Made by a program: the position numbers and the translations under genes
DNA from: Candidatus Doudnabacteria bacterium
GTDB lineage: Bacteria > Patescibacteriota > Doudnabacteria > UBA920
Assembly: GCA_016218585.1 (NCBI GenBank)
Contig: JACRDK010000030.1
Span: 24,277 to 88,276, forward strand
Reading direction: 5' to 3'
DNA: 64,000 nt
Shown here: positions 19,439-29,253 of the stretch, piece by piece
Position numbering within the stretch: position 1 is the first letter of the stretch
How the letters are laid out: every line of letters begins with the position of its first letter
The notes under the pieces: model-generated
Databases searched by the model: none
Told to the model about the DNA's origin: nothing
What the model saw: only the letters and a program-made list of their open reading frames with translations

Positions 19439-20425
19439 ATGCCAAAAGTTGTTATTGTTCAGGTAATATATAATACAAAGAAATTTATTGAGCCGGTGTT
19501 CGGCGCAATTTTTAACCAAACGCACAAAAATTTTGAAGTTGTGGCTGTAATTTCCGGCAACGATGACGGCGGTAAAGAATTGCTCATGCAAAAGTTTCCG
19601 CAGGTAAAGATAATCGATCCCGGCTATAATATAGGTTTTGCCAAGGGCCATAATTTGGTTTTTTCCCAATTTAGCGCGGACTTCTATCAGTTGGTAAATC
19701 CGGATTTTATTATGGAACCGGATTATGTTGAACAGATATTAAAAGTTTTTCAAGATGAAAAAATTGGAGCGGCAACCGGAAAACTGTACCAATTTAAAGA
19801 TTTAAGATTTAAGATTGAAGATTTTAGAAGCAATAAAATTTTAGACACAACTGGGGTCACTATTGGCAAATCAGGAAGAGCAAGGGATAGGGGGCAGCAC
19901 GAAGAAGACAGGGGGCAATATGATAAGAGTACAAATATACAAGCTGTCTCAGCGGCCGGCGCAATGTATCGCGCCTCCGCCCTACAAGCTACAAGCTACA
20001 AGCTACAAACTAGAGTAGAATTTTTTGACGAAGACTTCCATTCTTATTGGGAAGATGTGGATTTGGCCTGGCGGATGAGCAATGCCGGTTGGCAGTGCAA
20101 GTTTGCGCCCTTGGCTGTTGGTTATCATGGCAGGGGAGCAGGGTCTTCCAAAAACGGTTATATGGATGTTGCGGGGTTTGTTAAACACCACAAGACATTG
20201 TCGCCAAGGATCAGGCAGTTAAATTATCAAAACCACATTTTAATGTATGTAAAAAACAGTCCGTGGTTTTATCCGCAGTTTTTTGTCAGGGAATTTTTTA
20301 TGCTTGGCTATATTTTACTTTTTGAAATTAGCACATTAAAAGTTTTGCCGCAGATGCTCCGGCTGCTGCCAAGAATTTGGGAAAAAAGAAAGCTAATAAT
20401 TGATTCCACTCATTCACGGCCGTGA
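19439..20425 (+). CDS. GT2 glycosyltransferase (rhamnosyltransferase-like) carrying two in-frame 7-mer arrays
   Basis: NIGFAKGHN, VNPD and FDEDFHSYWEDVDLAWR motifs. Confidence 0.9.
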   Translation: MPKVVIVQVIYNTKKFIEPVFGAIFNQTHKNFEVVAVISGNDDGGKELLMQKFPQVKIIDPGYNIGFAKGHNLVFSQFSADFYQLVNPDFIMEPDYVEQILKVFQDEKIGAATGKLYQFKDLRFKIEDFRSNKILDTTGVTIGKSGRARDRGQHEEDRGQYDKSTNIQAVSAAGAMYRASALQATSYKLQTRVEFFDEDFHSYWEDVDLAWRMSNAGWQCKFAPLAVGYHGRGAGSSKNGYMDVAGFVKHHKTLSPRIRQLNYQNHILMYVKNSPWFYPQFFVREFFMLGYILLFEISTLKVLPQMLRLLPRIWEKRKLIIDSTHSRP

Positions 20426-20438
20426 ATGAGTGGAATCA
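20401..20438. repeat. Perfect 38-bp palindrome centred on CGGCCG, overlapping the GT2 stop codon
   Basis: tgattccactcattcacgg|ccgtgaatgagtggaatca. Confidence 0.9.
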
Positions 20439-20457
20439 GGGTTAAAAGTTATAAATT

Positions 20458-21363
20458 ATGGATTTATCAATTGTAATTTTATCTTATCGGTCAAAAAAAG
20501 ATTTAGAACGGCTTTTGCCTTCTGTTTTTGCATCGCAGACCAAATATTCATTTGAAGTTATTGTTGTTGATAACGGCTCAAACGACGGAACGTATGAGTG
20601 GGTGCAAGCATATAGCAACCAGCATCTAGCATATAGTATCAAGCTAATTCGAAATACAAACACGGGGTTTTCAGCGGGTAATAACTTAGGGATTAAGCAG
20701 GCTAGCGGAAAATACATTCTGTTGCTTAACCCGGATACTGAAATAGAGAGCAATACTTTTGAGGTTATGCTGGATTTTATGGAAAGCCATCCCGATGTTG
20801 GCATAAGCGGTTGTAAAGTATTAAAGCCTGACGGCAGTTTGGATTTAGCCTGCCGCAGAAAATTTCCAAATCCATGGAATAGTTTTAAAAGATTATTTTT
20901 ACTTTCCAATTCAGACTATAATTTAACCGGGAAAGATGTAAATCAAGAAATGGAAATTGATTCGGTAATGGGAGCATTTTTGTTAATTCGGAATTTTGGA
21001 AAATCAGAAAATCAGAGAGTTGGAGAGACGGACTTCCGACTTCCGAGTGGTGATTATCTAGATGAAGAGTTCTTTATGTATGGCGAGGATTTAGATTTAT
21101 GCTGGCGCTGCAAGGAGGCTGGCTGGAAAGTTTGGTATTATCCAAAAACTTCCATTACCCACTATAAGGGCTCGTCTTCCGCTAAAATTGCCTTTCGCGC
21201 CTTAAAGTGGTTTCATGACGCGATGTGGATTTTTTATCGCAAGCACTATAAAAATAAATATCCTTTTTTCTTCAATTGGCTGGTCTTTTTGGGGATTTAC
21301 GCAAGGCTTGGGGTGTTGTGGGCAATAAACTCTTTAAAAAGCAAACCGCGGGTAAGCAGCTAA
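20458..21363 (+). CDS. GT2 glycosyltransferase (WbbL-like)
   Basis: VVDNGSNDG, GFSAGNN, LLNPD and DEEFFMYGEDLDLC motifs. Confidence 0.9.
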   Translation: MDLSIVILSYRSKKDLERLLPSVFASQTKYSFEVIVVDNGSNDGTYEWVQAYSNQHLAYSIKLIRNTNTGFSAGNNLGIKQASGKYILLLNPDTEIESNTFEVMLDFMESHPDVGISGCKVLKPDGSLDLACRRKFPNPWNSFKRLFLLSNSDYNLTGKDVNQEMEIDSVMGAFLLIRNFGKSENQRVGETDFRLPSGDYLDEEFFMYGEDLDLCWRCKEAGWKVWYYPKTSITHYKGSSSAKIAFRALKWFHDAMWIFYRKHYKNKYPFFFNWLVFLGIYARLGVLWAINSLKSKPRVSS

Positions 21364-21421
21364 TTTCACATTTTAGGCAAAACTTTGTTATAATAATAGA
21401 ACTAAAAATTATCAAAATATA

Positions 21422-22693
21422 ATGGATTTACAAGAAAATCAAACAGAAGAAAAACAGCAGCTCGCAGGACATAAAGCGGCAGGGCTTGCTTTGCGCTGGT
21501 TAATTATTTTATTGGTTGTTTGCGGAGCGTACTTTTCCGGTTTTCAGAGCGGCAAAAAGGGTTTTAGCTTTGACCCAAAAGAATTTAAAGTTATTAATCA
21601 GAGCGAAGCTCCGGCCACGGTAGACTACAGTTTGCTATGGAAAGCGCTGGACGTGGTTCAGGCAAAATATATTGAAAAGAATTCCATAAATCAGCAGAAA
21701 GTTTTATATGGTGCAATTAAAGGGGCGGTGGAATCTTTGGGAGATCCTTACACAACTTTCTTTGAGCCAAAAACTTTGGAGAGTTTTAAAACAGACTTGA
21801 AAGGAAGTTTTGGCGGCATAGGCGCGGAGGTGGGGAAGAAAGATAACAATATTGTGATTGTCGCCCCGCTCGACGACACTCCGGCAAAAAAAGCCGGGCT
21901 GCAGGCTAAAGATATAATTGTTTCGGTGGATGGGCAGTCTACCGCTGACTGGTCGGTAGACCAGGCGGTAGATAAAATTCGCGGAGAAAAAGGCACGGCT
22001 GTTACCTTAAGCATTTATCGGCAAGGCAAAGACAAGCCTTTTGATGTAAAAATCGTCCGCGATATTATTGCGGTAAAAAGCGTAAAGCTTAGTTACAAAG
22101 AAACCGAAGTTAACGGGCAAAAGAAGACCGTGGCCGTTATTACCTTAAGCCGTTTTGGCGATGATACTTTAAATTTATTTACAAAAGCGGTCAATGAAAT
22201 TTTAAGCAAGAATGTCTCCGGCATTGTTTTGGATTTAAGAAATGATCCGGGCGGATATTTGCAAACCGCGGTAGACGTTGCTTCCAGCTGGTTAAATTCC
22301 GGCGACCTAGTGGTTTCCGAAGCTAAGAGCGACGGCACTTCCAACAAATACAATGCTGAAGGGAATAATCGGCTTAAAGGAATTAAAACTGTTGTCTTAA
22401 TTAATGGCGGTTCCGCCTCTGCCGCGGAAATTTTATCCGGCGCGCTCCACGACCATAATATTGCGAAACTTATTGGAGAAAAATCTTTTGGTAAGGGAAG
22501 CGTGCAGGAATTGGTGGACTTGCCCGGCGGCAGCGCTGTTAAGGTTACAGTGGCCAAGTGGATTACCCCAGGCGGCAAGAATTTGAACCATGACGGCTTA
22601 GAACCGGATATCCCGGTTAAACTTACGGACGAAGATTTTACCGCCGGCAAAGACCCGCAAATGGACAAAGCGGTGGAAGAGTTAAGTAAATAA
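21422..22693 (+). CDS. ctpA: Carboxy-terminal processing protease (S41A) with PDZ domain
   Basis: GDPYT, GGIG, LDLRNDPGG, SASAAEI and SFGKGSVQ motifs. Confidence 0.93.
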   Translation: MDLQENQTEEKQQLAGHKAAGLALRWLIILLVVCGAYFSGFQSGKKGFSFDPKEFKVINQSEAPATVDYSLLWKALDVVQAKYIEKNSINQQKVLYGAIKGAVESLGDPYTTFFEPKTLESFKTDLKGSFGGIGAEVGKKDNNIVIVAPLDDTPAKKAGLQAKDIIVSVDGQSTADWSVDQAVDKIRGEKGTAVTLSIYRQGKDKPFDVKIVRDIIAVKSVKLSYKETEVNGQKKTVAVITLSRFGDDTLNLFTKAVNEILSKNVSGIVLDLRNDPGGYLQTAVDVASSWLNSGDLVVSEAKSDGTSNKYNAEGNNRLKGIKTVVLINGGSASAAEILSGALHDHNIAKLIGEKSFGKGSVQELVDLPGGSAVKVTVAKWITPGGKNLNHDGLEPDIPVKLTDEDFTAGKDPQMDKAVEELSK

Positions 22694-22829
22694 ATTTCTA
22701 ATTACCTAATTTACCTAAGTGCTCTAAAAAAACCCAAAAGTTATGGCTAAGCACAGAAGTATGCCAGTATTGAGTATTAAATTATTAGATATTATTTAGG
22801 TTAATTAGAAATTAGAATAATTAGAAATT
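22693..22829. repeat. Inverted low-complexity arrays (ctaatt/aattag family) in the ctpA-alaS spacer
   Basis: aatttctaattacctaa ... ttaggttaattagaaatt. Confidence 0.65.
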
Positions 22830-22833
22830 ATCA

Positions 22834-24630
22834 ATGCCAAATATCACAGCGCAAGAATTAAGAAATAAATACCTTAATTTCTTCAAATCAAAAAACCATA
22901 CCATCATTCCTTCGGCGTCTTTGGTGCCAGAAAATGATTCCAGCGTGCTGTTTACAACCGCAGGAATGCATCCACTGGTTCCATATCTTTTAGGACAACA
23001 GCATCCGGGCGGAACCCGTGTAACCGACGTGCAAAAATGCATACGCACCGGCGACATTGAAGAAGTTGGCGACAACACCCATTTAACATTCTTTGAAATG
23101 TTGGGCAATTGGAGTTTTGGCGACTACTTTAAAAAAGAAGCGATTACCTGGAGCTTTGAATTTTTAACCGGCAAAGAAAATTTAAACATTCCGCTTGAAC
23201 GTTTGGCGGTATCAGTTTTTGCCGGAGACAATGATGCTCCGCGCGACGAAGAAGCCGCGGCAATTTGGAAATCTTTAGGCGTGGCGGAAGATCGCATTGC
23301 TTATTTGCCAAAAGCAGATAACTGGTGGATTGCCGGCACAACCGGACCATGCGGGCCGGATACAGAAATGTTTTATTGGATAGACGACGGGACTCCGGCG
23401 CCAAAAAATTTCCAGGAAACCAAGGAAGATAAGCGTTGGGTGGAAATCTGGAATGACGTGTTTATGCAATTTGAAAAGCATGAAGACGGCACGCTTACCC
23501 CTTTGCCAAAACCAAATGTGGATACCGGAATGGGCTTAGACAGAACTTTGGCAGTTTTAAACGGCCAAACCTCGGTTTATGACACTGAACTATTCAAACC
23601 AATGTTTGATGTTTTAGCGATGGACCAGGAAATAATGACTAATGACGAAGTTAAAAAAGCCAGAATTATTTTGGACCATATTCGCGCCGCGGTATTTATT
23701 GTGAGCGACGGAGTTGAGCCTTCAAATAAAGATCGCGGGTATGTTCTAAGAAGGCTTCTAAGGCGCGCGATGGTAATGGGCAGGCTTTTAAATTTAAAAC
23801 TCCACTGGCTTAAAGCTTTGGTTGGCCAGGTTATTTTTGCCTATGCTGAAAGTTATCCGGACCTAACCGCAAAGTCAGAACAAATTTTTGCAACAATTGA
23901 AGGTGAGCAAAAGAAGTTTGAAAGCACATTGGAAAAGGGATTAAAACAATTGGAGTCAAGAATCAAGAGTCAGGAATCAGGAATTAGTGGCACGGATGCC
24001 TTCGATTTGTATCAAACCTATGGTTTTCCGAAAGAGTTAACCAAAGAGCTGGCTGTTCAATCGGGGCAAGTTTTTGATGCGGAAAAAGAAAAAGAGTATG
24101 AAACGGAATTCAAAAAGCATCAGGAACTTTCCCGTACGGCTTCTGCCGGACAGTTTAAGGGCGGGCTAGCGAGCCACTCTGACAAGATTGTGCGCTTGCA
24201 TACCGCCACCCACTTAATGAACGCGGCTTTGAGAAAAGTTTTAGGAACAGACGTTTGGCAAAAGGGGAGTAACATTACCGAAGAGCGCACCAGGTTTGAT
24301 TTTACCCACAATCAGAAAATGACAGACGAAGAAAAGAAGCAAGTGGAAGATTTGGTTAATGGCTGGGTGCAGCGCGATTTAACCGTCAAAAAAGAAATTA
24401 TGCCTTACGAAGAAGCCCGCAAGCTTGAAGCCATTGGCGTGTTCGGAGAAAAGTATGCGGAAACCGTTTCTGTTTATACGGTGTTTGACCCCAATACAAA
24501 TGAAGTTGTTTCCCGCGAATTTTGCGGCGGTCCGCATGTTGAACATACCGGGGTAATCGGCAAATTTAAAATCCAAAAGGAAGAAGCTTCTTCCGCCGGG
24601 GTTCGAAGGATCAAAGCGGTGATAGAATAG
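22834..24630 (+). CDS. alaS: Alanine--tRNA ligase (short form lacking the C-Ala domain)
   Basis: LFTTAGM, HLTFFEMLGNWSFGDYFK, GPCGP, DTGMG, HTATH and EFCGGPH motifs. Confidence 0.97.
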   Translation: MPNITAQELRNKYLNFFKSKNHTIIPSASLVPENDSSVLFTTAGMHPLVPYLLGQQHPGGTRVTDVQKCIRTGDIEEVGDNTHLTFFEMLGNWSFGDYFKKEAITWSFEFLTGKENLNIPLERLAVSVFAGDNDAPRDEEAAAIWKSLGVAEDRIAYLPKADNWWIAGTTGPCGPDTEMFYWIDDGTPAPKNFQETKEDKRWVEIWNDVFMQFEKHEDGTLTPLPKPNVDTGMGLDRTLAVLNGQTSVYDTELFKPMFDVLAMDQEIMTNDEVKKARIILDHIRAAVFIVSDGVEPSNKDRGYVLRRLLRRAMVMGRLLNLKLHWLKALVGQVIFAYAESYPDLTAKSEQIFATIEGEQKKFESTLEKGLKQLESRIKSQESGISGTDAFDLYQTYGFPKELTKELAVQSGQVFDAEKEKEYETEFKKHQELSRTASAGQFKGGLASHSDKIVRLHTATHLMNAALRKVLGTDVWQKGSNITEERTRFDFTHNQKMTDEEKKQVEDLVNGWVQRDLTVKKEIMPYEEARKLEAIGVFGEKYAETVSVYTVFDPNTNEVVSREFCGGPHVEHTGVIGKFKIQKEEASSAGVRRIKAVIE

Positions 24631-24677
24631 CTTCTAGTTAGTTGGGGGTAGTTTGTAGTTAGTAGAAGGGAGCCAAA

Positions 24678-25043
24678 ATGCAAATCAAAAGTTATAAAGA
24701 CTTAATTGTCTGGCAAAAATCAATGGATTTGGTAGTGGATATATATAAAATTTCTGAAAAGTTTCCTAAGGAAGAACTGTATGGGCTTACTTCGCAAATT
24801 CGAAGATGTGCAGTTTCAATCCCGTCAAATATCGCCGAAGGAAACAGAAGAGGTAGTAAAAAAGATTTTAGTCATTTCTTAACAGTTTCGTTTGGTTCGG
24901 GGTCTGAACTAGAAACGCAGATAGAAATTGTAAAGCGTTTACCATTTGGAAGTAATCTAGATTTTACAAAGATTGACGCATTATTATTAGAAATAATGAA
25001 AATGCTAAATAAGTTAATTGCAAGCCTACAACCTACTAACTAA
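24678..25043 (+). CDS. Four-helix-bundle protein (23S rRNA IVS / Avd-like family)
   Basis: SYKDLIVWQKSM, FPKEELYGLTSQIRR, SIPSNIAEG and GSGSELETQ motifs. Confidence 0.93.
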   Translation: MQIKSYKDLIVWQKSMDLVVDIYKISEKFPKEELYGLTSQIRRCAVSIPSNIAEGNRRGSKKDFSHFLTVSFGSGSELETQIEIVKRLPFGSNLDFTKIDALLLEIMKMLNKLIASLQPTN

Positions 25044-25060
25044 TTACTACAACCTAGCAA

Positions 25061-26293
25061 ATGAAACTTGAATTTTACAATTGCCCTAAGCCGGAAGAAA
25101 TGCCATCGGTTGGCAACCTCTCCCCATCCCTCTCCCTGCCTACCGGGCAGGCAGGCTCAAAAGGAGAGGGGGCTTTGGTACTGCCGGAGGCTCCGGAGTT
25201 TGTTAAGTATGTTCCGGATTTTGCGCAAATGGAAAAATTGGCGCAGGAATATAAAGACATAAAAAATATTTTAGTCATTGGCCATGGCGGGAGTATTACC
25301 AGTTTTTACGGAATTTATGGGGCGCTAAAAGAGTATGCTACCAAGAAAGCTTATTTTTTAAGCACCGTAGACGCGGATTATATTTATGAGCTTAAAAAAA
25401 CTTTAAGCCCGCAGGATACTTTGGTTATTGCCATTAGCAAGTCCGGCGAGACAATGACGCAAATAGAAATGCTTGCGCAGTTTTTGGAATTTCCGCTTCT
25501 GTTTATTACCGGCAAAAGCAGCCCGCTCCGCGCTATGGCGGATAAATTAAAAGCAAAAATTATAATGCATCCGCCAATCGGCGGACGCTATACTGCCATG
25601 ACAGAGGTTGGCTTGCTTCCCGCGGCGATTGTTGGCCTAGACGTAAAGAATTTGTACGAAGGCGCGAAGCTGTTTTATTATCGCTACGACAAAGATAATT
25701 TGGCTTTTAAAGCAGCCTCTGTATTATATAAGCTGGAAGCGCAAGGTTATGTAGATGTCTTTATGCCTTTTTATACTTCTAGGGTTTTTCCGCTTAGCAA
25801 TGTAATTGTCCAGCTGTGCCATGAAAGCTTTGGCAAGAACGGCAAAGGCCAAACTTATTTTGCCCACGAAGCCCCGGAAAGCCAGCATCATACTAACCAA
25901 AGGTTTTTTGGCGGCATAAAAAATATTTGCGGTTTCTTTACTTCTGTGGATAATTTTGACCACAAATTGGTCTCCGTATTTCCGCCTCAGCTGCATAGCG
26001 TACAGTTAAAAGGCCATGCGCTTTTTGACGTAAATAAAATTCCTCTCCAGGCGGCAATGGAGTATGAATTGCTCGGCACAATGGAAGACGCCCGCATTCA
26101 GGGCATTCCAATGCTTCATATGTCGCTTGCCTCGGTTACCCCGTTTGAAATTGGCGGACTTCTGGCTTTTTGGCAGCTTTATGCGGTTTATGCGTCAGTT
26201 TTGCGCGGCGTTGACCCTTTTGACCAGCCTCAAGTGGAAAGCAGTAAAAAAATTAGCTTTAATAAGAGGTTGGCTTTTAAAGGGTTGCTATAA
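25061..26293 (+). CDS. pgi: Glucose-6-phosphate isomerase / SIS-domain sugar isomerase
   Basis: IGHGGS, ISKSGET, IGGRY, QLCHESFGK and DPFDQPQVE motifs. Confidence 0.8.
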   Translation: MKLEFYNCPKPEEMPSVGNLSPSLSLPTGQAGSKGEGALVLPEAPEFVKYVPDFAQMEKLAQEYKDIKNILVIGHGGSITSFYGIYGALKEYATKKAYFLSTVDADYIYELKKTLSPQDTLVIAISKSGETMTQIEMLAQFLEFPLLFITGKSSPLRAMADKLKAKIIMHPPIGGRYTAMTEVGLLPAAIVGLDVKNLYEGAKLFYYRYDKDNLAFKAASVLYKLEAQGYVDVFMPFYTSRVFPLSNVIVQLCHESFGKNGKGQTYFAHEAPESQHHTNQRFFGGIKNICGFFTSVDNFDHKLVSVFPPQLHSVQLKGHALFDVNKIPLQAAMEYELLGTMEDARIQGIPMLHMSLASVTPFEIGGLLAFWQLYAVYASVLRGVDPFDQPQVESSKKISFNKRLAFKGLL

Positions 26294-26451
26294 TTCAAAC
26301 TTTTTGTTTTGATTTAAGACTGTTTTGGAAATTGGGTCTTAGAAATTGTTTAGGTAAATTAGAAATTAGCATAATTTGGTTAATTTAATAGTAGGTTGAT
26401 AAATATCACTTTTTGGCTTAGAATGCCATTGTAACAGTCTATCGTTATTTA

Positions 26452-28131
26452 ATGTCCACCCCCAGCGTTTATATAAATTTAGAGGACGATGTCTCAAAAA
26501 TCGTTACCCGCCTCAAACATCAGTCTGCCAAGCAGATAGTTTTGGTTTGTCCAAAACGTTGTTTCCTTTTTAATGACAGCATAAATCTACGGCTGCTTAA
26601 AAAGCAGACCGATATGCTGGGCAAGGAAATTTTTATTTTAACAATGGACGAACGGGGACAGTTATATGCCAAAGAAGCCGGGTTTGGCTTAAAGTTTTTA
26701 CCAAAGAGCCATGGCTCTTCTGCCTTTTCCGATGTAAAAATTTCCAAAAAACAGCCATTAACCCAGCAGGAGCCGGAAGAAGCCGAAACAAAGGCTAATC
26801 CGATTACTGAAGTTGTTGGCGAGATAAAACATTTTGCCCAAAATATTTTACCGGAGAAACAACCGGTAAAACGTTCGGCTATTGTAAAATCTCCGGTTCC
26901 AAAAGTTGCAACTTTAGATAGAATTTTTGAAAATGAAGATTTTGCCCAAAATACAGATCCAAAAGCTGCTAAAAGCAAAGTATATAAAAGTTTGGTTGGC
27001 TTGTTGGTAATTTCCGTGATGGTTATTTTAGTTGTTTACTTTTTAGTTTTACCAAAGGCCACCGTTGTGGTTTATCCCAAAAGCGAACCTGTAACAAGGG
27101 ATATGGAAATTAGCCTAAGCAGCAACATAAAAGAACTGGACCCAAGCAAATTAGTCTTGCCGGCAACGGCAGTTTCAGAGACGGTAAATGTCAGCCACAA
27201 GTACGAAAGCCAAGGGAAAAAGCAAATGGGAAATAAGGCTTCGGGTATGGTAAAAATTTACAATTTTACCAAGTTGCCGATTAATTTAAAAACTTCAACC
27301 ACAATTTTAACAGTGGGCAGCAAGACTTATAGCCTGGTTAATGACGTGTCGGGCATAAAGCCAACTTCATACTCCAATGCAAAAACTAAGGAAATAGACC
27401 AATCAAGTTTGGGAGAGCCGGTGGAAATTGTGGCAACAAGCGGCGGCGATGATTTTAACTTACCGGCCGGCACCCGCGTTGAAATTACTAACCAGGTTTT
27501 TGGCAGCAACCCCCAGCTGCTTTATGCAAAAACTGAAACTGAAATTAGCGGCGGCACTACCAGGTACTTGTCGGTAATTTCCCAGGATGATGTGGATAAA
27601 AGCAAGGAAGAATTGCTGGCGGAAGCAATGGATGATATAAAAACTAAATTGGCAGGCTCAGGACAGAGCTTGGCCGATAAATCTTATACCTTGGAGGTTT
27701 TACAATTTACCACGGACAACCAGGTCGGGACCGAAACCCCAAGTTTCCAGGCATCTATGCAAATAAAAGTTACCGGGCTGGCTTATGCCACCAAGGATTT
27801 AAAGGATTTAATTACCCAAAGAATCGGCCAAACTTTGGCTTCAAACAAGAGTTTGGTGTACAAAGACCCGGAAAGCACCACTGTTAAAATAAAGAGCTAT
27901 GACGCAACCGCTCAGTTGGCTGTTTTAAACGTTCATTTTGAAGGCCAGGCTGTCTTTAATATTGAATTGCCATACTTAGCTCCGGAACTGGTAGGGAAGA
28001 GTAAAACCGAGGTTTATGAGATCTTAAAATCCAAAGCGGAAATAGACCGGGTAGATATGACTTTGGCTCCGTCTTGGCAAAAGAAATTTCCATATTTGGC
28101 AAGTAAAATTAAAGTAACTGTCGGAGAATAG
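26452..28131 (+). CDS. Conserved membrane-anchored protein with baseplate-J-like C-terminal region
   Basis: N-terminal EDDVSKIV...SINLRLLK, central TM helix, and KASGMVKIYN...ISGGT. Confidence 0.65.
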   Translation: MSTPSVYINLEDDVSKIVTRLKHQSAKQIVLVCPKRCFLFNDSINLRLLKKQTDMLGKEIFILTMDERGQLYAKEAGFGLKFLPKSHGSSAFSDVKISKKQPLTQQEPEEAETKANPITEVVGEIKHFAQNILPEKQPVKRSAIVKSPVPKVATLDRIFENEDFAQNTDPKAAKSKVYKSLVGLLVISVMVILVVYFLVLPKATVVVYPKSEPVTRDMEISLSSNIKELDPSKLVLPATAVSETVNVSHKYESQGKKQMGNKASGMVKIYNFTKLPINLKTSTTILTVGSKTYSLVNDVSGIKPTSYSNAKTKEIDQSSLGEPVEIVATSGGDDFNLPAGTRVEITNQVFGSNPQLLYAKTETEISGGTTRYLSVISQDDVDKSKEELLAEAMDDIKTKLAGSGQSLADKSYTLEVLQFTTDNQVGTETPSFQASMQIKVTGLAYATKDLKDLITQRIGQTLASNKSLVYKDPESTTVKIKSYDATAQLAVLNVHFEGQAVFNIELPYLAPELVGKSKTEVYEILKSKAEIDRVDMTLAPSWQKKFPYLASKIKVTVGE

Positions 28132-28199
28132 GATTTTTACAACTAAAACCCCTTGTTTAAGCCATTTTTAAGTATTTAAATAACGGCTATATTTTTTAG

Positions 28200-28229
28200 T
28201 TGACACAGGGCCAAACCTTGTGTTAAAAT
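28200..28229 (+). promoter_or_regulatory. Probable promoter of the infA-alpha operon
   Basis: TTGACA-18 bp-TAAAAT. Confidence 0.6.
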
Positions 28230-28258
28230 AGCCGAAGATAAGTTAAATAATTAGTTAT

Positions 28259-28513
28259 TTGTCTACCAGTAATCAAGACTTTGGGAAGTCTGGAAAAAAC
28301 AATAAGGAAGTCATTGAACTCGAGGGCAAAGTGATAGAGAATTTGCCTAACGCTATTTTTCGCGTCCAATTGGACTCAGGCCAGGTTGTCACAGGACATT
28401 TGGCCGGAAAAATGAGAGTTAATATGATTCGTGTACTGCCGGGAGACCGTGTTGTCATCGAAATGACCCCTTATGACCTTACAAAAGGCCGGATTACCAG
28501 GAGAATGCGTTAA
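28259..28513 (+). CDS. infA: Translation initiation factor IF-1
   Basis: [14 protein letters not shown]...GKMR...GDRV...PYDLTKGRI. Confidence 0.97.
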   Translation: MSTSNQDFGKSGKNNKEVIELEGKVIENLPNAIFRVQLDSGQVVTGHLAGKMRVNMIRVLPGDRVVIEMTPYDLTKGRITRRMR

Positions 28514-28619
28514 CCGCAGAAAATGCGGAATCTAACGCGGAAATTCGCAGAAAAATTAATAAATTTGTTGCAGTCTTTCCGCGGTCTTCCGCGTTAAGTT
28601 CAGCACCATTCAGCAATAT

Positions 28620-28733
28620 ATGAAAGTAAGAGCAAGCGTAAAACCAATGTGCAAAAAGTGTAAAGTGGTTCGCCGTTTTGGCAGAATTTACATTATTTGC
28701 GAAAACCCAAAGCATAAACAGAGACAGGGATAA
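28620..28733 (+). CDS. rpmJ: 50S ribosomal protein L36 (missing from the ORF track)
   Basis: Manual translation: [37 protein letters not shown]. Confidence 0.97.
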   Translation: MKVRASVKPMCKKCKVVRRFGRIYIICENPKHKQRQG

Positions 28734-28829
28734 TAATTTTAACACTTGGTGAAAGTTATTAAGTTATCCAGCTCATCAAGTTTGTGCGTATTAACTTTAT
28801 AAACTTTATAAATTTTAAGAACTATTTTT

Positions 28830-29219
28830 ATGGCTCGTATCGCAGGAATTAACATACCAAACGAAAAACGCATCGAAGCGTCTTTGCCTTACATTTACGG
28901 AGTCGGCTTAAGCCTTTCCAAAAAAATTCTGGCCGCTGCAAAAGTTGATCCGAACAAGCGCACCAAAGATTTAAGCGAAGCAGAACTCGGACGCATTCGC
29001 GAATTTATTGAAAAGAGCTTCAAAGTCGAAGGTGAATTAAGACAGCAGGTTCTGTTAAACATCAAGCGCTTAAAAGAAATCGGCGCTTATCGCGGTATTC
29101 GCCACATTAGAGGTTTACCGGTAAGAGGACAGAGAACCAAGACCAATTCCCGCACCCGCCGCGGCAACGTTCGTAAGACCGCCGGATCCGGACGCAAGAA
29201 CGCATCGGAAAAGACCTAA
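28830..29219 (+). CDS. rpsM: 30S ribosomal protein S13
   Basis: [10 protein letters not shown]...YRGIRH...[10 protein letters not shown]. Confidence 0.98.
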   Translation: MARIAGINIPNEKRIEASLPYIYGVGLSLSKKILAAAKVDPNKRTKDLSEAELGRIREFIEKSFKVEGELRQQVLLNIKRLKEIGAYRGIRHIRGLPVRGQRTKTNSRTRRGNVRKTAGSGRKNASEKT

Positions 29220-29253
29220 AGCTTTAGCAATTTCAATTTTAATTTAATTTTCA

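Noticed and set aside
22834-24630. alaS as a truncated pseudogene
   Set aside because: Aminoacylation and editing domains are intact; short forms lacking C-Ala are known in reduced genomes
24678-25043. Diversity-generating retroelement (Avd-like gene)
   Set aside because: No reverse transcriptase and no TR/VR pair with adenine-specific mismatches seen in the window
26452-28131. Prophage or contractile-system remnant (baseplate-J-like)
   Set aside because: No other phage genes nearby; the protein has a TM helix and sits among housekeeping genes
28494-28745. Minus-strand 83-aa ORF
   Set aside because: Shadow of rpmJ plus the inverted repeat spacer
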